The position numbers were made by a program, and so were the translations under genes. Below are positions 46,901 through 58,900 of a stretch of DNA of 64,000 nt, piece by piece. A model generated the notes under the pieces. It was not told the DNA's origin. It saw only the letters and a list, made by a program, of their open reading frames with translations, and ran no database searches. The DNA lies in NCBI RefSeq assembly GCF_032191835.1, contig NC_083224.1, positions 93,062,001 through 93,126,000 of the forward strand, read 5' to 3'. The number at the start of each line of letters is the position of its first letter. The stretch's first letter is position 1. The DNA comes from Heteronotia binoei (lineage: Eukaryota).

Positions 46901-49900
46901 TTGTTTAATGCATCCCCCACACACATCACCCCACAAATAGAAATTCACTGGAATATGGAGCAAACCCCAAAAGCAAAATCTGTAAGAACAGGGATGCACA
47001 CAATCAAGAGAAACATTGACAGAAAACCAGAGCAGGGAAGGCCAACTAAACTAAGAATTTTTTGACATGCAACTGATCTTTGATCATAATAAACTAAACT
47101 AGCAGGAGTGAACAGCCTGTCCTCATTACAACAGAAAGCGTTCCAAGACTCATAATTCTCTGTTGGAAAAAACCCATTCTGATTCACTTCACAAACCAAA
47201 GAATCAGTTATTCAATCTCCCCATCATATTATATCTTTTGTTCCTAGCAACACAGACTACACTCTGACCGATTTCGCACTCACCTTATGCTGCTCTCACG
47301 TTCGTCTTCTCAGCACGGCTCCCTTCTGATTTCCCACTATCTGCCCCGGGGCTGCAGCAAGCATTGGCATTTTCGCGCAGCAAACAGAAATCACTAAAAA
47401 CCAGTTTCTGTTTGCTGCACGAAAATGCCAATTCTTGCTGCAGCCCAGGGACAGATAGTGGGAAATCGGAAGGAAGCCACACTGAGAAGACAAACATGAG
47501 AGTGGTGTAAGGTGAGTGCGGAATCGGTCTACATCTAAAACACTACACTACACTACAGCCAAAAAAACCACTACAACTGAGTACTCATAAATTTAACAAA
47601 AATAAAATTCATGGATCTACTTAGGCCAAAAATAAAATAATTGCAATCTTTTACACATATACAGGGGGGTGGACTACCATAGTGCTGATTCTTTTCTAAT
47701 TATACCTGAGCATTCCATTGGAGCTTTGAGCATTGCATACAGGGCCTTAGTAGATCCATGGGCATATGAAATATTGTGCATCTTGATGAATTGCCCATGT
47801 TGCATCTCTAGAATATTTATCATCACTTACTCCATGGGTGAACATCTCAGTGTGAGTAAGGCCCATTCTGTGTATGATCAGTTTTATTATGTATTTGTTT
47901 TATTATGTATCAGTTTTATTTAGGTATTTGTGAGTTTCATGTATTGTGCAGGGGGTTGGACTAGATAACCCTGGTGGTCCCTTCCAACTCTATGATTCTA
48001 TGTATATTTTTGTTAAATTTATGGAGTGCTCAGTTTAAATTTTACCACTGAGAAAGGCTTTTAGGCGAAACATGTTTGGTATTAGTTCTTATATATGGAT
48101 ATAATGTGTACCTTTTAACCTGTATTTATATGATTGGACATTTGTCTCTATATAAGGATTAGGTACATATATGCAGAATCATAGAGCTGTGTTTTTTAAA
48201 ATGATATTTTAGAGGTGTTGCACTGGCAGCCAACCACCTGCACCACAGCAACCATCAGGATGGGGCTGCCCACCTAAGTACTGTAATACAGAGCTCTCAT
48301 TCAGATTCTTATATTTACTCAGTGATGTACATAATGCCTTTTTCACATGCTTAAAAATACATGGATTCTGATTTATTTTTAGTTTTCTTGTTTCATTATA
48401 ATGTTATTTGTTTGTTTATCTTATTGTAGTTTGCCTTTCTCACTGAGGCTCAAGGCAGATTATATTGAATACAACAATGCCACCCAGCAGTGTGAGAGAT
48501 CTAATAAATAATGCCGTAGGACTACTCCTATGAAATTGCTTATTAGATCTCTCACACTATTGTTGTTAGTTTCCAATATACTGATCTGTTCTTTCTTCAA
48601 CAGCTCATTAATTCAAATAAGTGTGATGGCTGGATTTTCAAATTTACTGAATAATTCCAAGTAAAAAATAGATTACACTGAATATTCTTTTCAGATTTTA
48701 CTTGCATTTTTCTAGCTTTAGTTATTCTCATAAGAATACTAATTTTAATAAAACCTATGTGGTAAAAATTCTGTTATGTATAGCTGAACTATAAAATTAG
48801 AGCAAAAGTTTATCATTGTAATAAAAATAGCTTGAAATTTTATATGTAATTGTAGCATGCATATACTTGAAGTGCAGTCCTCCTAAATGAAAAAGAAAAC
48901 ATGTGGATACTTCTTCTCTAAAGAATGAGTTCATCAAAGGCAGATGTATTATTTCTGTATTCTTTCTTTAATTACCACACAAATTGTAAATGTCATAAGG
49001 ATATTCTATTGTCATAGGTTGTAGGCTATTAAAGTAAAGAACAAAAATGAAAATTAGCAGAAAAGTAATATGTTTTGTTATGTTTGCTTTGCCAAACAAG
49101 GACATATGCACTTGAAAAAAAGACAAAACTTCAGGAGAAACACAGCCAGATGATGCCAGTCTTCAAGCCGAGCATTGACTGAATTGCTGTGTCTGAAGCC
49201 TATAGGTTAAAGCTGTAATTATTATGGCTTTCATTTATAAATCCTCCCCACAATGCTGCCATAAAATGTTCATTCCAGTTGCTCAAGAGAACAAAAGGTC
49301 CAGAGCAGAAGCAATTGTATCCTGTTGTAGAGTAACTCACTTTCCACTAATACGGGTCTTAACCTTTTTGGGGTCATAGACTCCTTCAAGAATCTGATGA
49401 AAGCTATGACCCCCACTGCAGAAAAATGTAATAGTGAGGCAATGATGATGATTGTACATTACCTGAGCATTTACTGTAGCATCTCATGCCCTCCTACATT
49501 TGTTTGGAGTGAAACATTACTGTAATAACATAATTAACAATGTTTTTTGTAAAGACAATTTTCAAAGTAACAGGAAGGAAATCAGAGGGGAAGGGAAACA
49601 ATTTTTGAGCCTGGTTCCATGGACCCCTTAAGGAACCTACAATAGTATCCATTGCTTAAAAGGAACAGTGACTCTTGTGACTTGTGCACTTGGGCTTCAT
49701 GTATATGTTCATTATTTCCCTAGGTGCGCTCAGCTGTGTGGAGCATGGATGACTATAAATTGATCTCCTGTGGCACAGATGGAGCAGTTTATGAATGGAA
49801 CCTCCAGAATGGCAAAAGGGAAACTGAGTGTGTGCTCAAGTCTTGCAGCTACAGTGGAGTGGCAATATCATCTGATGCAAAAATAATCTTTGCTGTTGGA

Positions 49901-52900
49901 TCTGACCACACTATCAAGGAGATCTGTGATTCCTCGGTGAGTTCACACTCCCATATTGCTGGCAGGATGACAGCTATTGTGGTGCTATTCCTCATATGAA
50001 ACCAGTGTTGGGTCCCATAACTGTCAGTGTCTGGTGTTGCCTGTCTGTTCCACATGGTGCTGGTAACATTTGCATTTCTTTTTTCCTCATCTGTGACAGT
50101 ACAGCTATTTTCCAGTCTACAGATAAATGTTTGCACAGGGAATCAGATACAACACTGTAAAACCTGGTGTGACTCCTGTCTTTCCAGATCTTGCGGGAAG
50201 TGCCTACTTTTGATGTTGCTTACACTTGCATAGTCGTATCTCATTCCGGCCGCATGGTATTCACTGGAACCTCCTCAGGGGCCATCCGGTCCATGAAATA
50301 CCCACTGCCTACGCAAAAGGAATTCAATGAGTATCCAGCCCATCATGGTCCCGTCACAAAGGTAAAGGCCAAATATACACATCAGCTTCTAGTCATGTTG
50401 ATTGCTCTGCCCTTTGTGTATCTTTTTCCCCCTCAGCCTACAGTATCTGCTAATTTACTAGGGGGGGGGGGGGGGTGAAAGATGGGTATTCAATCATGCC
50501 AAAGTAGAATGCATTTATTATATTCCAAAGGAACTTAATGGAAATTGATAGTCACCAGACACTGTTGACTCATGTTGTAGCAAGCAGTGAGGATGAGTAC
50601 CATCCCAATGCTCCCCAGCCCTTGCCCTTGTTACTCCCATCCAAATTGAGCTCACTTAGCTTGTGTGAGTTCAGGGAAGCTCGCTATCCGTGGACAACTG
50701 TGGTCTGACCGCTCTGTGAGTAGAGGGCTTGTCAATCAAAGTGGAGAATTTTTGTTCATTCTAGTGTGAGGAGGTTCTACCAGTTCTTGTCAATAATATA
50801 TTATGGTTGTGGACCAGCAGAATAAACCATATATGAATAGAGAATTTATCAGAATATACATACAATTCTCCAGGGCTTTTTTTGGCAGAAAAAGCCCAGC
50901 AGGGACTCATTAGCATATTAGACCACACCCACATATTAGCATATTAACTCATTAGCATATTAGGTTACATATTAGCATATTAGGCCACAGTAGCTGGGAT
51001 AATCAAGTGCAAATGGAACTGGTGGTAGCCGGCCCCACCTGCCCCCCTTCCTCCATACCCCAGCAGCAATCCTTCAGAAGACAATGCCCACCACTCAAGC
51101 AAGCAAGGAAGGAAGATAAAGCAAATTGACAGAAATGAATACATAGAGTGCAGCAGTGGGAAAATAGTCAGGGAGAAAGAGAGAGAGATAGAGGGGGGAA
51201 GAAATTGGAAATAAAGTAAATAGACAGGGAGAGAGACAGACAGACAGAAAGGAAGAATTAATGAATGAAAGGGAAGGAAGGGGAGAGAGTTGGAAACAAA
51301 TAGAGAAAGAGAGGAGGAAGGAATGGGAAAAGCAAATGGGCAGAAATGAATAAATAAATAAATAAATAGAGAGGAGAGAGTGGGAAAATAGGGAGAAAGA
51401 GATAGATGGGGGGGAGTTTGAATTAGAGCAAATGGACAGAAATGAATAAATAAATAAAGAGAGAGGAGGGAATGGAAAAATAGACAAGGAGAAAGAAAGG
51501 GGGGAGTTGGAAATAAAGCAAATAGACAGAGAAAGAAAGACAGAGACAGAATGAAAAAAATAATGAAGGAATGAAAGGGAGGAGGAAGGTGTTGGAAATA
51601 AAGCAAATGGAGAAAGACAGAAAGAGAGGGGGGAGTTGGAATTAAAGCAAATGGGCAGAAGTTGTTGTGTATGCTGATCTGTATTGTGCATATCTATTGG
51701 TGTTTCTGCCTGGCTTATTGGGGCCTGTAGGACTGAGTTTGGAGATCCGGGAAAAATGGACAGTAGGATCCAAATCCCTGCTGCCCTGCTCCAATCATGG
51801 GCCCCCTGCTGGTTTGAATGGTCCAATAATGTGCTTGCACGGGAACCCTGGGTGTATATAAGTTGGCCCCATTGGCCCAGTGTTCAGTCTCAGAGTGCAG
51901 CCCTGTACTATGCTGTACTGCAATAAAAAAGGTATGATCACTACTCTTCGTTGCATTGAACACACTATATTATAGAAGTGAATAAAAAAGAGAGTGGGGA
52001 AGTGGGAAAATAGATAGGGAAAAAGAAAGTGTAAGAAGGGGAGGGAGCTGGAAATAAAGCAAATAGACAGGGAGAAAGAAAGACAGAGAGACAAAAAGAA
52101 TGAAAGAGGGAGGTGGAGGAAGTTAGAAACGGACAGAAATAAATGGGGAGAGTGGGAAACTAGACATGGAGAAAGAAAGAGTTGGAGGTAAGGAGTTGGA
52201 AATAAAGCAAATACAGAGAGACAAGTGAAGCAAAGAAAAAAAGAGAGAAGGCCCCCTCCTAGCCACCTACCAAGAGAGGCCGTGCCTTGCCAAGGCATCC
52301 CCAACCAGAAACATCTCTCTACCACTGCAAGGACAATAGGGTTGCCAAATCCAACCCCAGAAATATCTGGGGACTTTGGGGGTGGAGCCAGGAGACTTTG
52401 GGGGTGGAGCCAGGAGACACTGGGGTGGAGCTAGGGGGGAGGGGGGAAACGGCGCCGGGGAGCATGACGAGCCGCCCCACAGCTGCCGCCTCTTCTCCGC
52501 TCACCGGGGCTGCTGAGATGGGCTCAGCCTGAGCCCATCTTGGAGGAGCAGCCACGGCGAGCAGAGCAGAGGCGGCGCGGCGGCCTCTTCTCCGCTCGCC
52601 GTGGCTGCTCCTCCGAGATGGGCTCAGGCTGAGCCCATCTCGGAGGAGCAGCCACGGCGAGCAGAGAAGAGGCCGCCGTGCCGCTGCCGCCTCGCCCGCT
52701 CCGCCTCTGGGGTGGAAGCGGGGGGGGGGTGGAGGTGGGCCGGGAGCGTGGCGAGCCACAAGTCCGGGTCCTAGAAGGGCCCGAATTCGCGGCTCGCCAT
52801 GCTCCTGGCCTGCCTCGCCCTCCCCTGTGCTGCTGCCGCCTCTTGGCTGCTCCTCCAAGATGGGCTCAGCCTGGGCCCATCTAGGAGGAGAAACTGCGGT

Positions 52901-55900
52901 GGGCGGGGAGGGGGCGGCAGCGGCGCGGCGGCCTCACCGGCTCCAGGATCCGGCGGCTCGGCGCCGTTTCCCCCCTCTCCCTCCGCTTCCATTTTTGGGG
53001 GGAGCGGGGGAAGAGGGTGGAAATCCTGGGGTCCCCCGCCAGGGCGGGAGGGTTGGGAAGCCTAAAGGACAACTGGCCTCCCACTGCCCACCCAGAGAGG
53101 CCTGGCTGCATGAGGCTTCCCCAAGCCAGGAAAGGCCTTGCACAGCATAGGTGCTCTACGGCTGCCTCTACCCCCACCCCCACCAGCCCAAAAACCCACC
53201 TGCTGCCACTCCAGAGTGGTGTCTAGGCCTTCCAAGGCTGCCCAGGGAAAATCTGGGGCAGGCCCTGCGCAGCATGGGTGCTCTCCAGTTGCCCCCTCTC
53301 CCCCACCCACATAGAAAATCAGCCACCCTAACTCTCAGGCTCCAAGTGGTAGTGGTGCCATCATCCATTGTTGAATTGCTGGGTGCAGGACTGGGCTAAG
53401 CAGCTGCAGATGGCTGCTCTGCCAGGCCTCCAACTCCACAGCACTCCTCTGTTCCTCCTCCTGGTGCACTGGCCAGGAGTTCCCTGTGGCAACGCCAGAC
53501 AGCAGAGCTGGAAGGAAGGAGGCAGCGGGGAGCAGCAGCAGCACAATGGAGGGGCAGAGCCAGAATGCTGGGGGCCCTAGTCGGAACTGCGTTCCAATGC
53601 ATTCTGGTTTTTAAAAAGCCCTGCAATTCTCCATTAAGATATATAAAAAAGCAAATATGTGTCACTAAATCAGCACTGTGCCTCAATAGACTCTGGCAGC
53701 TGCACAGAATCTGGCAACTCTGTCTAGGGTTGCCAATCCCCAGGTGGAGGCAGGGGATCCCCCGGTTTAGAGGCCCTCCCCCCGCTTCAGGGTCGTCAGA
53801 AAGCAGGGGCAAAGGAGGGAAATGTCTGCTGGGAACTCTATTATTCCCTATGGAGATTTATTCCCATAGAAAATCATGGAGAATTGATCTGCGGGAATCT
53901 GGGGCTCTGCGGGGGAGGGGGCTGTGTTTTGTGGTAGAGGCACCAAATTTTCAGTATAGCATCTAGTGCCTCTCCCCAAAATACCCCCCAATTTTTAAAA
54001 AGATTGGAGCAGGGGGTCCAATTCTATGAGCCCCAAAAGAAGGTGCCCCTATCCTTCATTATTTCCTATGGAAGGAAGGAATTGAAAAGGTGTGCCGTCC
54101 CTTTAAATGTGATGGCCAGAACTCCCTTTGGAGTTCAATTATGCTTGTCACAGCCTTGATCTTGGCTCTATCCCTAATGTCTCCTGGCTCCACCCCCAAA
54201 GTCCCAATCTTTTTGAAACGTGGGGGGTATTTTGGGGATAGGCACTAGATGCTATACTGAAAATTTGGTGCCTCTACCCCAAAAAACAGCCCCTCCCCAG
54301 AGCCCCAGATACCTACGGATCAATTCTCCATGATTTTCTATGGGAATAAATCTCCATAGGAAATAACAGAGTTCCCAGTACACATTTCCCTCCCCTCCCC
54401 CCGCTTTCTGACGACCCTGAAGCGGGGGGAGGGCCTCCAAACTGGGGGATCCCTTGCCCCCACCTGGGAATTGGCAACCCTAGCTAAATATTAAAAAGTT
54501 TTATGCTACTAGCCCCAAGTAAGTATGACTGCAGATTTCCCAAACAGGGCTGTAGCTTTCACTCTTACAAGCCTCAGCATAGAGCTAGACATCACAATAC
54601 TTCTAAGCCCAGGTTCCAGTGTACAGCCTCAGCTTCCAATTCACCCAGTGCTCTCCATGGAGAGGGTACCAGACAGGTCACAGACAACAGAAGCCATGAT
54701 GTTAAAATACCCTTAGTGGTAGGAAGGTTCTAAGAATTCCATCAAGAGTGGTAATCAGCCACCATAAAAACAGCAGTCACCTAGACCATTGGAAACATTT
54801 CTCAAGTTTGTTCTTTCTTGGAGAGCCAGGGCCCTGGAAAAACATGCTCTGGTTCTCCAGCAGAGCAGATATTTAGGGGGATGTACTTTATATTTTTATG
54901 GCCAAAGAATAACTATTGGAAGCCATACTGGACCTCAGATGGCTGCACAAATTGGTACAGCAATGCAGTCTCAAGATGAAGATCCTGAAGACATTTGGGG
55001 AGTCCTTGCACCAAGGAGACTTCCTTCCTTCTGAAATGGCCTGAATTGACATTTTCAATTGACATCTAAGCATAGTCAGTTTATTATCCTTCTCTCCATC
55101 TGTTGTCATGCTGGGGGAGGGGGCTCTTACCAAGACCACAGCTAAAAGGACATGATGTATTTCATGCTAACCCATTCATTTGACACTGCAAGCTTTGCAG
55201 ATTCCCAGCTAGGGTAGTGGGGCTTATTTTAAAATCACCTGCCTGAATAAGAGCTCAGCACAAGACATCCATTTTATCCTCTCCTTGGATAACCCCAAAA
55301 AACTGTTTCAGTCCCACTACTAGCCTACAGTTTCTGCAAGAATCTGCATCTACTAAAAGCCTCTAAGGCAGGGGAAAGCAACCCCAAGTATGCATACAAA
55401 GCAGCAGCATGCAAGACCATTCTGCTCAGTGGGCTGAACTGCCTCCTCACCCAAAAGGCTGAGGTGAGCCTCTGAAGTATTAGCAGCACTGCTGGGCCAC
55501 AGCCTGCTACCAATGTGTCTGTCCAAGTACAATACACATCCCTTTTCTGCCCCCTCCTTTTGTTTGCTGGGACAATGGCACAACAGTATTTTCACAGGTA
55601 GACAGGGCAAGGGTTGTTGTTATTTGTCACTCAGACAAAAAGGGTTGCTTGTCCTTGGTCTAGATGTTGATATTCACAAATAATCCTGAAAGCAGAAATA
55701 AGTCTCAGAGTTCAGTATGTCTCTTCTTATTTTCTCCCAGATGTCCGTAACGTTTGATGACCAGTTCCTTCTAACATCTGCAGAGGATGGCTGTCTGATT
55801 ATCTGGAAAATATATGATAAAGAAGGAAGAGGGCTGAAAAGGGAGAGAGATGTGCCATACTCTGATGAAGTGCTGATTACTAGAACAGATATGGAGGAGA

Positions 55901-58900
55901 AGGTTAGTGCAAAACATAAGTACTGTTCTGGGTATGTATCATATATGCATGCAAAGCTGCACAATATCCTTCAAGTAGAAAATGACTGAATATCAATCTC
56001 AATGCAGCTCAGATCTTCATATAGTAGCACCATTACCATAAAAGAGAGCTTACTAGAACAAAGCCTACAGTGAAGGACTGAGATATTACAGACATGAAGG
56101 ACTGCATCTTTCCACATGTCTGGGAAGATCCCATGGTCTTCTCACCAAGACCTGCTGTCAATTTTTTCTCTTAAGAAAGGGGAAGGCTGCTTTGGCCCAT
56201 GCCAGAATGTTTTCTATGGCAGCTCCATCCCTTTGGAACAGGCTACCAGACTATACAAGAGTTGTTACTTCCCTTTAGCAGTTAAGGAAAAGATGAACTG
56301 TTTTAGAAGAATCTTTGGCTAAATGTTGGTTTTATATTTGATTATATTAGTGGCAGATGATATTTGTTTATATTAAATAAATAAAGCTTAGTTCCTCGGT
56401 CATATTGCTTCAGATCTCTGAGAGTGGCTTCATGAGACATAGCAGCAAATCATGTTTGCCTCCTTGTTTGCCTGTTCAATAAATATGCTCAGAAACACAT
56501 GTGTGCTGACATGCCACATAAAAGTTTTTTGCATGTACCAGTCATCATGTAATGTGAGAATCTATCTATAAGACACTTCCAATAAAAGAATCCACAGAAG
56601 TTTCTTTTTATTTCAGGATAATTATTATACTTGAATATTGATTCACTGACATCTTTAACTAAAACTCCCGTAATTCCTTGCTTTGCAGACTCAGATAATG
56701 TTGGAACTGAGAACTCGTGTAGAGGAGCTGAAGATGGAAAATGAGTACCAGCTACGCCTCAAGGATATGAATTATAATGAAAAGATTAAGGAACTAACTG
56801 AGAAGTTCATCCAGGAGATGGAATCACTGAAAACCAAAAATCAGGCAAGGAATAATGGCAAATGCCTCACTTAACCTGTCCTTTCTCATCATCCAAGCTC
56901 TTATAGGATTTAAAGGCATCATCTCTGTGTTTTTCAGGTTTTAAAAACAGAGAAAGAAAAACAGGAAGTACAGCACCAGGATCAGCTTGCAGAACTAATG
57001 GAGAAGCAGTCAAGGGAGGTGCAAGACTTAGGTTAGGAGAGCCATAAATAAGTCCTGCCTCTAAAATGTGGGAAAGGGCTTTGATCCTCATGACAAAAAG
57101 AAAAGAAAGAAAGAAAAAGAAAGTGAAAAAAGCAAACCATTCAGAGTTTTATCTGTATTTAATCTGTAGTGCTGAAGAAGTATAATCTGAATCTAAATTG
57201 GCATGTTGGGAATAATTTGCTGTAAACAGAATTACTTTTACCTTGTAAATATGGCAATTGGGAAGAAAGGGAAGACTTAGTAAAGAAAGATGCAAAGAGC
57301 ACTTGGTTGTACAGACATGACCTGAAATAAAGTATGATTTGGAGGTTCTTCAAAGTATCCTATCCATTCAAGCCACCCAGAACCCATTGTTTAGCTTGCC
57401 ATTCTTTCCAGGCTATCTGTCATACTGATCAAATTGACTGGAAAGACTTCACAAATGATGTAGTCTCTTTAAACCAAGCATCAGTGTTTATATAGGATTC
57501 TCTTATACAACATTGAATCTGTGGCAGAGGGGGGGGGGGCGTTCTCCCACACTTGTGGCTTAGCTCTAAAAAGCCAACACTATTGGACTGGAAATTCTTG
57601 TGTATACATAAATGCATGATTCACAAAATATAACTTCCAAGCTACTAGTGATCTATGAGAAATGGGGGTGAGAGTGAAGTTATGCAGGCCTCACAGTGGC
57701 AAATGCCAACAGATTGTGGGTTGGGTAAGAGTGCTCTTTTGTTGCTTCCTGAAAGCTAAAGATAGTACACAGAGAACGCAGTATACCATACCACTCTGTG
57801 CTCTTTTTTTTTTCCTTCTCTGGTCAGAATCTGGCAACAACCAGAAACTGCTGCTAGAATATGAAAAGTACCAAGAGCTGCAAATGAAATCCCAGCGAAT
57901 GCAGGAAGAGTATGAGAAGCAGCTGCATGAAATGGAAGAGAACAAGAGCCAAGCACTGGAAGAGCTGACAGAATATTATGAAGCAAAGCTCATTGAAAAA
58001 TCAACCTTGTTGGAAGAGGTACTTTGTTTTAAATTGGGACTAAATCAAGCCAGGAGTTCTTCAGGGCCCAGAGAAATTGCAAGAGACTGAGCTCAGCTAG
58101 AAAACAGCTTTCACAAGCCAGTGGAGTTCTAAATCTGCACTTAGAAATTCCTGTTTCTGATAATGAAGCAGTGAGCAAACAGGAAGAATAGAATTCCTAC
58201 ATCTTTGACCTTCTTTCCTTAGTATCAGAATTCCTCAGATTTCTTTACATATCCCCATTTCAGGTTAGAAATCCTTAAGACAGGGCAGGCTGGCCTAATT
58301 TTGAGAGAGCTCCAGCACATAGGGCCAAGCTACTCAATATGCCTGACATGTGCCAGATCATAGGTGCGCGACTGGACTCACAGGGGAAACACAAAAAGCA
58401 CTCATTCACTCAGTGCTGCGAGGAAGCACTGCGAGGGGAGAGAAGGAACTTCCATTTTCCTTCCCACCTCACTTTTGCCAGCCAAAAGGGAGAGTATGGG
58501 GTTTTTCTCTGGTACTGCATACAAAAAGGAATGAAAAGGCCCCTCTTCCTTTTGGCTGGCTAAAGTGGGGTAGGAAGGAAAATGGAAGTGCCTTCTCACC
58601 CCAGAGTCGGAAAGGACTGGTGCTTGCACAGGGGACATTTCCTTTTCCTTTCCTCTTTCTCCTAACATCACTGAGTAAACAAATGTTTTTAAAGGTCCCA
58701 TTATCTACATCTGACTGGGAGTCTAGCCATGCACTCATGACACAAAAGGTATTGAACATATCATGTAAATGCACCCTTAGCTGCTGCATAACTAGTGTCA
58801 TTCTTTGCCAGCAAGTGATGTGTACAAACTGCAGTGGTTGAAGAAAGATCTTACCCAGCAAGTTTTACAGTTATGGAGATATAAGTTTAAATAAAATTTT

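Noticed and set aside
50900-50990. CRISPR-like or regularly spaced repeats (attagcatatt)
   Set aside because: Subterminal repeats of a eukaryotic hAT element with no unique spacers; the context is vertebrate.
50980-53183. Long ORFs of 100-243 aa (F/S/L-rich and G/P/A-rich)
   Set aside because: By-products of low-complexity purine/pyrimidine and GC-rich repeats inside a non-autonomous transposon; no domain motifs or splice support.
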